Made by a program: the position numbers and the translations under genes
Shown: positions 43,399-51,534 of the stretch, in pieces
Layout of the letters: each line of letters begins with the position of its first letter
Position numbering within the stretch: position 1 is the stretch's first letter
Notes under the pieces: generated by a model
The model's input: the letters and a program-made list of their open reading frames with translations, nothing else
The model's database searches: none
Told to the model about the DNA's origin: nothing
DNA from: Desulfatibacillum sp.
GTDB taxonomy: Bacteria; Desulfobacterota; Desulfobacteria; Desulfobacterales; SpSt-501
Direction: 5' to 3'
Length of the DNA stretch: 64,000 nt
Assembly: GCA_020725555.1 (NCBI GenBank)
Contig: DYEU01000032.1
Location: 241,656 to 305,655 of the forward strand

Positions 43399-44036
43399 AA
43401 GAGCCCGTCGAGGTAGCCGGCCGCGATGTAGGCGAGCTCGCCGGCGGCCGCCCCAAGGCAGCGCGCCTTGCGCACGCGGGGGAGAAGGTGCGCCAGCCGC
43501 CGCGCCATCCGCCGCATCAGGGGCTCCGTTTTGCCGAAGCTCACCGAAACGACCGCCCGCTCAGGCGAAACCCCCTCCCGCCGCCGCAGCGGCGTGCCGT
43601 TCACCTCCCCCCCCCGGCCGGCGACGGCCGAGAACATCTCGCCGCTGAAGGGCAGAAAGACCGCGCCGGCGACGGGCGTGGGGGGGGAGGCGCCGTTGCG
43701 CCGGTAACAGGCGACCGCGGCGCAGAAGAAGGGCAGGCCCTGCAGGAAATTGACCGTGCCGTCGAGGGGGTCGACGATCCAGAGGTAGCCGCCGTCGCCG
43801 GGGATCTCGCCGCCCTCCTCGCCGAGCACGGCGTGATCCGGAAAGCGGGAGCGGACCGTCTCCACCACGGCCGCCTCGCACAGCCGGTCGGTGGCGAGCT
43901 TGACGTCGTGAAGCGCCTGCGCGCGGACCGCGGGCCCGCGCCGGAAATGCTGCATCTGGAGCTCGCCTGCGCGGCGTGCCGCCTCCCGGGCCGTCGCCGC
44001 GAGCTCCCGCGCCGAGGGCGGCCGGCCGGCCCTCAC
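43194..44036 (-). CDS. Inositol-monophosphatase-family (SuhB/CysQ-like) phosphatase, terminal gene of the C-P lyase operon
   Basis: AVLGEEGG, WIVDPLDGTVNF and WDFAAG motifs. 4-nt overlap with the phnM stop. Confidence 0.85.
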   Translation of the reverse strand: MRAGRPPSARELAATAREAARRAGELQMQHFRRGPAVRAQALHDVKLATDRLCEAAVVETVRSRFPDHAVLGEEGGEIPGDGGYLWIVDPLDGTVNFLQGLPFFCAAVACYRRNGASPPTPVAGAVFLPFSGEMFSAVAGRGGEVNGTPLRRREGVSPERAVVSVSFGKTEPLMRRMARRLAHLLPRVRKARCLGAAAGELAYIAAGYLDGLFYEGIRLWDFAAGRILVEEAGGFFAARETAPGEWQVAAGAPGLEALLAPRPAGAGGGSSLRKRRPVIR

Positions 44037-45241
44037 CGCTGCCCCCCCGGATCGGCCGGGTCGGCCGCGCGGAAGACTTCGCGCCCGCCGACGTAGGTCC
44101 GCACCACGGCCGGGACCCTGCGGCCGTCGTCGACGAGAACGAGGTCGGCCGCCTTGCCCTCCTCGATCGACCCGGTGAGGCCGTCGATGCCCGCCGCCCG
44201 GGCCGGGTTCAGGCTGATCAGCCTCACGGCGGAGGGCAGGTCGAGGATGCCCTCGCCGTGCAGCTTGAGGGCGGCGTGCAAGAGCGACATGGGGGCGTAG
44301 TCCGAGCAGAGGATGTCGCCCAGGCCGGCGCGCAGGGCCTCGCGGGCGGAGAGGTTCCCGGTGAGCGAGGCCCCGCGGAGCACGTTGGGTGAGCCGAGCG
44401 AGACCATCAACCCCCGACTGCGGGCGGCCTGTGCCGCCTCCCGGTTGACCGGGAACTCGGAGAGCGAAACCCCCAGGCGGCTCACCGCCTCGATTTTGGC
44501 TTCGCTGTCGTCGTCGTGGCTCGCCATGCGGATGCCCCGCGCCCGGCAGGCCGCCGCCAGGCGCTCGATGCCCAACCAGGAGAGGCGGGCGCTGGCCTCG
44601 AGCCGGCGGGCGATGACGCGCTCGATGTGATCCTCCGTGAGGCCGCGCGCCTTGGCGTAGTAGGCGCGGAAATGCTCGATCTCGCGGAACTGGCCCTGGC
44701 CGGGGGTGTGGTCCATGAGGGAGAAGAAGTCGATCCGGCCATGGCCGATCAGGTCCTCGACCGTCTCCACGGCCTCCGTGTTGGTGATCTCGTAGCGGGC
44801 GTGAATGCGGGTGCGGGCCTGGAACCCGCCCCGCAGCTCGTGGATCTGGCCGATGAGAAAGTGGGCCATTTCGGCCGTGCGGAAGGGCGGGTTTTCATCG
44901 GAGGGGAGAAAGCAGAGGCAGTGGTAGATGGTCGTCACCCCGCAGGCGACGAGCTGCTTGTCGAGCTCGTGCAGCGCCACATCGACGGGAAAACGCCCTC
45001 CCGGCCGCGGCTGGATCGCGTTTTCGATCACATCGCTGTGGATGTCGATGAAGCCGGGGACGAGCAGCCGGCCGCGGGCGTCGACAGCCGGCCGCGAAGA
45101 CACTCCCGCGGCCGAGCGGGACACGGCCCGGATGATCCCCCCTTCGATCTCCACGGCGGCGTCGGGCAGGACCGCCTCGGGGGTGACGACACGGGCGTTG
45201 ACGATGCGAAACGCGGGCGGCGGAGAATTCCACTCGTTCAT
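44033..45241 (-). CDS. phnM: Alpha-D-ribose 1-methylphosphonate 5-triphosphate diphosphatase PhnM
   Basis: Amidohydrolase fold, GFIDIHSD and MASHDDD motifs. ATG at 45241 overlaps the phnL stop (ATGA). Confidence 0.88.
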   Translation of the reverse strand: MNEWNSPPPAFRIVNARVVTPEAVLPDAAVEIEGGIIRAVSRSAAGVSSRPAVDARGRLLVPGFIDIHSDVIENAIQPRPGGRFPVDVALHELDKQLVACGVTTIYHCLCFLPSDENPPFRTAEMAHFLIGQIHELRGGFQARTRIHARYEITNTEAVETVEDLIGHGRIDFFSLMDHTPGQGQFREIEHFRAYYAKARGLTEDHIERVIARRLEASARLSWLGIERLAAACRARGIRMASHDDDSEAKIEAVSRLGVSLSEFPVNREAAQAARSRGLMVSLGSPNVLRGASLTGNLSAREALRAGLGDILCSDYAPMSLLHAALKLHGEGILDLPSAVRLISLNPARAAGIDGLTGSIEEGKAADLVLVDDGRRVPAVVRTYVGGREVFRAADPADPGGQR

Positions 45242-45945
45242 CGCTGGGGTTCCTTTGCGGGCAGGGCGCACCCGTCGTCCATCAGGGAGGCGAGGGGTGA
45301 CCCCTCGTGAAAGACGGCGACCATCGTGGTGCCGCGGGCCTTCATCTCGGAGAGCACCGCGACCACGACCTCCATGGCGCGCGGGTCCAGGGAGGCCGTG
45401 GGCTCGTCGAGCAGCAGCAGGCGCGGGGGGCGGATGACCGCCCGGGCGAAGTTGACGCGCTGTTTTTCGCCGCCGCTGAAGGTCGCGGGGTAGGCGTCCC
45501 AGAGCGCCCGGTCGATCCCCAGCCGCTCAAGCAGCGCCTGCGCGCGCATCCGGGCCTCCGCCGGCGGGGTCCCCGCCGCCGTGAGCGGCTCGGCCACGAC
45601 ATCCACGGCGGGGACGCGCGGCAGCGCGTGCAGAAACTGCGTGACGTAGCCCATCTCCCGGCTGCGGATGCGCAGCACCTCGGTTTCCGAGGCCCGGGCG
45701 AGGTCGATGTCCCCGCCGTCCGCCGTGCGGTAGCGGATGCTGCCGCGGCCCGGGAGGTAACTGCGGTAGATGCACTTGAGGACCGAGCTCTTGCCCGCCC
45801 CGCTCGGGCCCGTCAGGGCGAGCGCCGCCCCGGCGGGCAGGCGGAAGGAGACCCCCTCGAAGCCGAGGATCTCCTTGCCGCCCTGCATGTGGCAAACGAA
45901 CCGTTTGGCCAGGTCTTCGACGCGCAGCAGGATGTCCGGGCTCAC
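45238..45945 (-). CDS. phnL: C-P lyase system ATP-binding protein PhnL
   Basis: GPSGAGKSS, FSGGEKQRVNFARA and LLLDEPTASLD. Position between phnK and phnM. Confidence 0.88.
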   Translation of the reverse strand: MSPDILLRVEDLAKRFVCHMQGGKEILGFEGVSFRLPAGAALALTGPSGAGKSSVLKCIYRSYLPGRGSIRYRTADGGDIDLARASETEVLRIRSREMGYVTQFLHALPRVPAVDVVAEPLTAAGTPPAEARMRAQALLERLGIDRALWDAYPATFSGGEKQRVNFARAVIRPPRLLLLDEPTASLDPRAMEVVVAVLSEMKARGTTMVAVFHEGSPLASLMDDGCALPAKEPQR

Positions 45946-46787
45946 AGGACCGAATTCACCAGAAGCTGGGTGTAGGGGTGCTGGGGGTCCTCAAGAATCT
46001 GGTCAGAGAGCCCCTGTTCGATGATCTCGCCGTGGCGCATGACGATGGTGCGCGAGGTGAGCAGCCGGATCACCCCCAGGTCGTGCGACACGACGAGGGT
46101 GGCGATCCCGAGCTCACGCTGCAGGGAGCGAAGGAGGTCGAGCACTTTCGCCTGCACCGAGACGTCGAGGCCGGTCGTCACCTCGTCGAGCAGCAGGACC
46201 GCCGGCCGGGTGGAGAGGGCCTTGGCGATCTGGACGCGCTGCTGCATGCCGCCCGAGAAATTGCGCGGCGGCTCATCCATGCGCGCAAGCGGCACCTCGG
46301 TCTGCCGGAGCAGTTCGGAGGCCCGCTCGCGGATGCGCCCGACGTGCCGCCAGCCGGCCATGAGCAGCCGCTCGGCGATGTTGCCACCGGCGCTCACCTT
46401 GAGCCGCAGCCCGAGCCGCGGGTTCTGGTAGACGATGCCCATGTGCTCGTTGCGGATCCGGCGGCGCTGAAAGGGGCTCAGGGCGAAGAGGTTCCGGCCG
46501 CCGCCTCCCGCCGCGGCGTCGGCCACGGCGAGGCGGTACTCGCCCGCCGTGGGCTCGAGGTCGAAGTGCAAAAGCCTCACCACCGTGCTCTTCCCCGAGC
46601 CGCTCTCCCCCACGATCCCGAGCACCTCGCCCGGGTAGAGGTCGAAGGAGACCTCCCGGCAGGCGAGGATCGCGCCGCAGCGTGGGCAGCGGTTCGTCTC
46701 CCGGAGCGCGCCGGTCCGGTCGAGGCACTCCCCGCAGCCTGCCCCAAAGCGCTTGGTGAGCCCGCGCACCGCAAGCAGGGGGGTCAT
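45942..46787 (-). CDS. phnK: C-P lyase system ATP-binding protein PhnK
   Basis: GESGSGKST, FSGGMQQRVQIAKAL. N-terminal Cys cluster GCGEC...CPRCG typical of PhnK. Confidence 0.88.
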   Translation of the reverse strand: MTPLLAVRGLTKRFGAGCGECLDRTGALRETNRCPRCGAILACREVSFDLYPGEVLGIVGESGSGKSTVVRLLHFDLEPTAGEYRLAVADAAAGGGGRNLFALSPFQRRRIRNEHMGIVYQNPRLGLRLKVSAGGNIAERLLMAGWRHVGRIRERASELLRQTEVPLARMDEPPRNFSGGMQQRVQIAKALSTRPAVLLLDEVTTGLDVSVQAKVLDLLRSLQRELGIATLVVSHDLGVIRLLTSRTIVMRHGEIIEQGLSDQILEDPQHPYTQLLVNSVL

Positions 46788-47722
46788 CGGCTCCCCCCGG
46801 GGGCCTCGGCCGGCGGCGCGTTCCGCGTTCGCCGCTTTTCACAGAAGGCGGTATCCGAGCAGACCCAGCTCCGCAGGCCGCGCGCATCGTCGATCACCTC
46901 GTCGAGGAAGCTGTCGCCGGCGCCGCAGCGGCTGCAGGATCGGCCGGGGAAGCGTTCCACGCGGGAGGCGAAATCCTCGAAGGAGAGGGGCTCGACGTCC
47001 GTGTGCGGCGGAACGGCGTAAATGCGTTTTTCGCGTCCCGCACAGAAGAGGAACAAATTCTCGGCCCGGTGAAGACGCGGCAGGTCCCAGCGGGGGATGG
47101 GGCTCGGGTCCATGAGGTAGCGGCCGTTCACCATCACCGGGTACCGCGCGCCGACCGTGATCTCGCCGTAGCGCACGATGTCCTCGTAGAGGTAGAGCCA
47201 CATGCGGCTGTAGTCGGCCTCGGCGTGCATGCGCCGCGTCTCCCGCTCGGAGGGCTCGACCAGCCGCAGGGGCTCGGGGATCGGCACCTGGAAAATCAGC
47301 ACCTGCCCGGAATCGAGCTTCTCCTCCGGGATGCGGTGCCGGGTCTGAATGAGGGTCGCCGCACGGGTGTCGGTGGTCATGCGCACCCCGGCGACCCGGC
47401 CGACGAACTTCTTGATGTTGACGGCGTTCACCGAGTCGTCGCAGCCCTGGTCGATCACCTTGAGCACGTCCTCGGGGCCGATCAGGGCGAGGGTCAGCTG
47501 AAGCCCCCCCGTCCCCCAGCCGCGGGCGATCGGCATCTCCCGCGACCCGAAGGGGACCTGGCAGCCGGGCAGGGCGATCGCCTTGAGGATGCGTCGCCGG
47601 ATCTCGCGCTTGGCGCTCTCGTCGAGGAAGGCGTAGGAGTAGCGCGACGCCCCCTCCTCGAGGGCGCGGCGCCACCCGCCGGGGAAAGCGGTGCCGGAGG
47701 GCGTCGGCTCAGGCCTCGTCAC
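46784..47722 (-). CDS. phnJ: Alpha-D-ribose 1-methylphosphonate 5-phosphate C-P lyase PhnJ
   Basis: YAFLDE..KREIRR, PFGSREMP and the C-terminal Cys cluster CSRCGAGDSFLDEV...WVCSDTAFC. Confidence 0.92.
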   Translation of the reverse strand: MTRPEPTPSGTAFPGGWRRALEEGASRYSYAFLDESAKREIRRRILKAIALPGCQVPFGSREMPIARGWGTGGLQLTLALIGPEDVLKVIDQGCDDSVNAVNIKKFVGRVAGVRMTTDTRAATLIQTRHRIPEEKLDSGQVLIFQVPIPEPLRLVEPSERETRRMHAEADYSRMWLYLYEDIVRYGEITVGARYPVMVNGRYLMDPSPIPRWDLPRLHRAENLFLFCAGREKRIYAVPPHTDVEPLSFEDFASRVERFPGRSCSRCGAGDSFLDEVIDDARGLRSWVCSDTAFCEKRRTRNAPPAEAPGGSR

Positions 47723-48815
47723 GGCCGTCTCCTTTCGCCGCCGCCCCTCCCCCGCGGATGGCCCGCAGGCGGTCGAGGTCCGATTGGAAGGTCACGTAAT
47801 GCGGCAGCTTGTAGTGGTTGCAAAAGCCCATGGACTCGATCCCGTCCACGTGGGTGAGGACGAACTCCTCGTCCTCCGACGGCGAGGAGGGCTCCTCGCT
47901 GTCCAGGGCCCGGTCCAGGACCGCCATGGCGATGGCCTTGGTTTCGTTGTGGCCGAAGCAGAGCCCGTAGCCCAGCCCGAAGCGCGCCCCGCCCTCGCCC
48001 TCGCCGATCCGCGCGATCACCTCGGCCTCGGTGACGAGGATCTCGCCGATCGTCTCCTCGCCGCCGTCCTCCGGCCGCCGGATGCGAACGGGCACGGTCC
48101 CCACGCGGAGCTCCCCAATCACCGGGTGGACCGAGCCGTAGCCCCGCATGTTGGAGTACGCGAGCGCAAGCAGCCCCCCCGTCTCCCCCCGCGCCAGCGC
48201 CTGCAGGCGGGCGCTCCGCGGGGCGGGGAAGGTGAGCGCCTCGCGGGTTGCGTCCACCAGGCGCTCGGGCGCCCGGCGCAAGGAGCGGCTTTCCACGAGC
48301 AGCCCCTCGCGGCGCAGCAGGTCGATCACCTTGGGGAGCTCCGGCGGCAGCGGCCCGGCCTCGGCCGCGCGCAACTCCCGGAGCAGCCGCTCGCGGGCGG
48401 CCTGCGGATCGGCGTCGAGCTCGAAGTCGAGCAGCCGCAGGGTGTAGTCGGCGGTGGGCCCCAGGACCTGGCCGCCGGGGATCTCCTTGAACGCGGCCGA
48501 GATCCGGCGCACGATGCGCATGCCGGAGGTCGCAATCGGCAAGGTCGCGCCCCGGCGCGGCAGCGTCGTGCGGTAGGCGCGCAGGATGAAGGCCGCCTCG
48601 AGGGGGTCGCCCGCGGCCTGCTTGAGGGCGAGGGCGGCGAGATCCGGGGCGTAGAGCGATCCCTCCCCCATCACGCGGTCGACGGCGAGATGCAGCGCGC
48701 TGCGGACCTGCGCGACCGTCGGCGGCGGGACCCCGGGGGCCAAGCGGCGCAGCTCGCGGAAGCGCTCGGCGTTCTCGATGGCGGCCGTTCCGCCCTTGAC
48801 GGCGACATAGCCCAT
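47709..48815 (-). CDS. phnI: C-P lyase core complex subunit PhnI
   Basis: MGYVAVKGG start and FCNHYKLPHYVTFQS motif. 368 aa. Confidence 0.9.
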   Translation of the reverse strand: MGYVAVKGGTAAIENAERFRELRRLAPGVPPPTVAQVRSALHLAVDRVMGEGSLYAPDLAALALKQAAGDPLEAAFILRAYRTTLPRRGATLPIATSGMRIVRRISAAFKEIPGGQVLGPTADYTLRLLDFELDADPQAARERLLRELRAAEAGPLPPELPKVIDLLRREGLLVESRSLRRAPERLVDATREALTFPAPRSARLQALARGETGGLLALAYSNMRGYGSVHPVIGELRVGTVPVRIRRPEDGGEETIGEILVTEAEVIARIGEGEGGARFGLGYGLCFGHNETKAIAMAVLDRALDSEEPSSPSEDEEFVLTHVDGIESMGFCNHYKLPHYVTFQSDLDRLRAIRGGGAAAKGDGRDEA

Positions 48816-48816
48816 G

Positions 48817-49419
48817 TCAGCCTCCGATCCGGATGCGTGTCGAGCGCGGAATGGCCATGAGCGCCCCTTCCGGCTGGAGAAAGACGGCCTCCACGCCCAG
48901 GGGGAACTCGGCGTTCACCGCGGCCAGCTCCTCGAAAACGAAGAGGGGGATCCCATCCATTTCGGGGGCGATTCCCGATGCCGCTCCGATTCCCGGGCCG
49001 GAGAGCCGCACGCGCAGGCGCTCCGGCGTGGGGCTGGCCGGGCCGGGCCCAAGGCAGCAGACCACGGTCGCCCCCTGCTGCGGCTCCTCGGCGGTTCCCC
49101 GCCGCGGCCGGGAAAGGACCCCTCGGCCCGCCCCCCAGATCCAGAGGAAATCGGCCTCCTCGACGCCGGCCGGGCGCGCGCGGGTTTCGCGCCCCAGAAA
49201 CTCGCCCAGCCTGCGCGCCTCCGGAGACTCCCCGGCGACGCAATAGCTCACGGTCTCGTCAAGCAGGCAGCGGGCGAGCGCCCGGGCGCAGGCAAACGGC
49301 GCCGCGGGGTCGCCGGGCTCGAGGCGGGCGATTCTCCCCGGCCGGCTGAAGGCGGCAAGCAGGGCACGAAAGATCCGTTGGCTTTCCCATTCCGGCGGGG
49401 TGATCGCGGGCATCCTCAC
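48817..49419 (-). CDS. phnH: C-P lyase core complex subunit PhnH
   Basis: SQRIFRALLAAFSRPG motif. Position between phnG and phnI. Confidence 0.85.
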   Translation of the reverse strand: MRMPAITPPEWESQRIFRALLAAFSRPGRIARLEPGDPAAPFACARALARCLLDETVSYCVAGESPEARRLGEFLGRETRARPAGVEEADFLWIWGAGRGVLSRPRRGTAEEPQQGATVVCCLGPGPASPTPERLRVRLSGPGIGAASGIAPEMDGIPLFVFEELAAVNAEFPLGVEAVFLQPEGALMAIPRSTRIRIGG

Positions 49420-49892
49420 TCCCCCAGGGATCCGAAATCGATGCGCTCGCCGGCCATGGAATCAAAGCGCACGCGGGTTGCGGCCGCGAAATGGGCGGTC
49501 TCCTGCAGCTTGCGGCGCCGGCGGGGGGCGAGGCGCCGGAGAAACTCCTCCAGCACACCCTTGGCCTCGGGGTGGCCGGACCGATCCACCGCCTCGGCCG
49601 CGGCCGCAAGCAGCGCCCCTTGCGGCTCGTCGCCGCAGACGGTGGCGGCACCGGTGGCCTCGCCCAGGCCGACCTCGGCCTCGGTCACGAGCAGCTCGCC
49701 CAGGTAAAAGGGTGTCGCGAACGGATCGCGGGCGGCGACGAGGAGGAGAGCCGGCTGCGGCGGCCTAAGCACCGCAAAGGGGGCCTTCTCCCAGAGTCGG
49801 TCCAGCACGGCCTCGAGCTCGGCTCGCTCGGCCGCCTCCAGGACAGCGAGGAGCCGCGGTTTCAGGCCGAAAACGGGGGTCGTTTCATCCAT
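49416..49892 (-). CDS. phnG: C-P lyase core complex subunit PhnG
   Basis: About 158 aa, [13 protein letters not shown] motif, 4-nt overlap with phnH. Confidence 0.85.
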   Translation of the reverse strand: MDETTPVFGLKPRLLAVLEAAERAELEAVLDRLWEKAPFAVLRPPQPALLLVAARDPFATPFYLGELLVTEAEVGLGEATGAATVCGDEPQGALLAAAAEAVDRSGHPEAKGVLEEFLRRLAPRRRRKLQETAHFAAATRVRFDSMAGERIDFGSLGE

Positions 49893-50520
49893 AGAGATCG
49901 AGAAACCGGTTCAGGTCGTAAAAATCGGCAAAGCGCCGCTCGAGCGTTTCCCGGTCCCAGTCCCACCAGGCGATCGCCAAGAGCTTTTCGGCCACCGCTG
50001 CGGGGAACCGGGCCCGCAGCGGCCGGGCCGGCACGCCGGCGACCACCTGGTAGGGGGCCACCTCGCGGGTCACCACCGCGCCCGCGGCCACCACGGCCCC
50101 GGTCCCGATGCGCACCCCGGCCATGACCATGGCCCCATGGCCGATCCAGACGTCATGGCCGATCCGGCAGCCCCGACGTTTCCGCCAGGCGAAGACCTCC
50201 TCGTCGTCGCTGGCGGCGAACCCGTAGCGCACGCGGCGGTAGGTGCAATGGTGCTGGGTGACGCGGTGCATCGGGTGATCGCCGGGGTGGATGACGACAT
50301 GGGAAGCGATGGAGCAGAACTTGCCGATCTCGGAGTACATCACCGTCCCGTCCGTGCCGGCGAGATAGCTGTAGTCGCCGAGGCTCGAGGAGACCACCTG
50401 CCAGCCGGCGCCGATGTCGGTGTAGTCCCCGAGGCGCGAGTCGACCACTCGGGCCGAAGGGTCGATGCGGGGGAGGGCGGCCTCCGGGAGGCGCTCAAGT
50501 GCCGGGGTGGAATTCTTCAT
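49885..50520 (-). CDS. Hexapeptide-repeat (LbH) acyl/acetyltransferase, phosphonate-operon-associated type
   Basis: Left-handed beta-helix repeats ([31 protein letters not shown]). First gene of the phn operon, as in the transferase family I recall being annotated as a phosphonate-metabolism hexapeptide transferase. ATG at 50520 chosen (GGAAGG RBS; the Pho box would be only 13 bp from the track start at 50541). Confidence 0.75.
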   Translation of the reverse strand: MKNSTPALERLPEAALPRIDPSARVVDSRLGDYTDIGAGWQVVSSSLGDYSYLAGTDGTVMYSEIGKFCSIASHVVIHPGDHPMHRVTQHHCTYRRVRYGFAASDDEEVFAWRKRRGCRIGHDVWIGHGAMVMAGVRIGTGAVVAAGAVVTREVAPYQVVAGVPARPLRARFPAAVAEKLLAIAWWDWDRETLERRFADFYDLNRFLDLYG

Positions 50521-50553
50521 GTCCTGCCTTCCGCGGGGCATCCTGAAACGGCA

Positions 50554-50593
50554 GGATTAGGCGCCGATGAGGCTGGGGTTAAAATACGGCAAA
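50554..50593 (-). promoter_or_regulatory. Pho box array upstream of the C-P lyase operon (four units)
   Basis: + strand GGATTAG (50554), CGATGAG (50565), GGGTTAA (50576) and CGGCAAA (50587) at exact 11-bp phase. 34-73 bp upstream of the ATG at 50520. Confidence 0.6.
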
Positions 50594-50635
50594 GCGTCCC
50601 GGACTCCGCCCCCGCGGGGGGCTCCGGCGGCCGTG

Positions 50636-50686
50636 CTCACGGAATCGCAACTTTTTCCTCACACGGCGCGAATTTTCTGGTAGAAT
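50636..50686 (+). promoter_or_regulatory. Candidate phoU promoter: CTCAC-type units in the -35 region plus an extended -10
   Basis: CTCACGG (50636) and CTCACAC (50658), 22 bp apart. The latter occupies -35 relative to TGgTAGAAT (50678-50686). phoU ATG at 50740. Confidence 0.4.
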
Positions 50687-50739
50687 GATAGCGTCCGCCG
50701 AGGGGCGAACGAGCGACCGCAACGAGGGGAACCCGGTGC

Positions 50740-51396
50740 ATGACCAAGCACTTCCGCAGAGAACTCGAAAACGTGAAGAAGCGGATCCTCACCCTGGGGT
50801 CCCTCGTCGAAGACCGTGTCCGCGAGGCGGCCCTGGCCGTCGAGCACCGGGACGGGGAGAGCGCCGAGCGCATCGTGAAGGCCGACTACGAGATCGACGA
50901 GCTGGAGGTCGAGATCGAGGAGGAGTGCCTGAAGATCCTCGCCCTGCACCAGCCGGTCGCCGTGGACCTGCGCTTCATCATCACCGTGATCAAGATCAAT
51001 AACGAACTCGAGCGGATCGGCGATCAGGTGGTGAACATCGGCCAGCGCGTCATGATCATCGCCAAGCGCCCCAAGCCGCCCTTCTCCTTCGACTACGGCG
51101 AGATGGCCGAAAAGGTGCAGCGCATGCTCAAGATGAGCCTCGATGCCCTCGTCAACCTCGACGTGGACATCGCCTACAAGGTGATCACGCTCGACGACGA
51201 GGTGGACCAGATCAAAAACGAGGCCTACGACCGCATCAAGCAGGCCATCCAGGATCTTCCCGAACGGGTCGGCTATTACATCAACCTCCTACTCATTTCG
51301 CGGCACCTGGAACGGATCGCCGACCACGCGACGAACATCGCCGAGGAAGTGGTCTATCTCGTGGAAGGCGAAATCTTCCGCCACACCCCCTACTGA
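50740..51396 (+). CDS. phoU: Phosphate signalling complex protein PhoU
   Basis: Two PhoU repeats with ERIGDQVVNI and ERIADHATNIAE motifs. 218 aa. Confidence 0.92.
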   Translation: MTKHFRRELENVKKRILTLGSLVEDRVREAALAVEHRDGESAERIVKADYEIDELEVEIEEECLKILALHQPVAVDLRFIITVIKINNELERIGDQVVNIGQRVMIIAKRPKPPFSFDYGEMAEKVQRMLKMSLDALVNLDVDIAYKVITLDDEVDQIKNEAYDRIKQAIQDLPERVGYYINLLLISRHLERIADHATNIAEEVVYLVEGEIFRHTPY

Positions 51397-51534
51397 AACC
51401 GCCGTCGAACCGTCGGCGGAGCTCCCCCCCCTGCCCCGCCCCTCCCGTGCTGCGGCTTGAAACGCAGCCCTGCACCGGCTAAAGAAAGCGCCTGACGGGG
51501 GAAACCCCGCAGCCAAAACCGGAAAGGGGCGCGG

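Noticed and set aside
20209-51396. Pho supercluster as a horizontally acquired genomic island or mobile element
   Set aside because: No integrase, transposase, tRNA attachment site, flanking direct repeats or compositional break is visible. GC content and codon style look uniform with the flanking dsr and Mo-cofactor genes.
51480-51534. Possible Pho box upstream of the FIST gene (GCTAAAGAAAG CGCCTGACGGG GGAAACC)
   Set aside because: The units match the CTAACCG consensus at only 3-4 of 7 positions and show no convincing repeat identity. Not distinguishable from chance.
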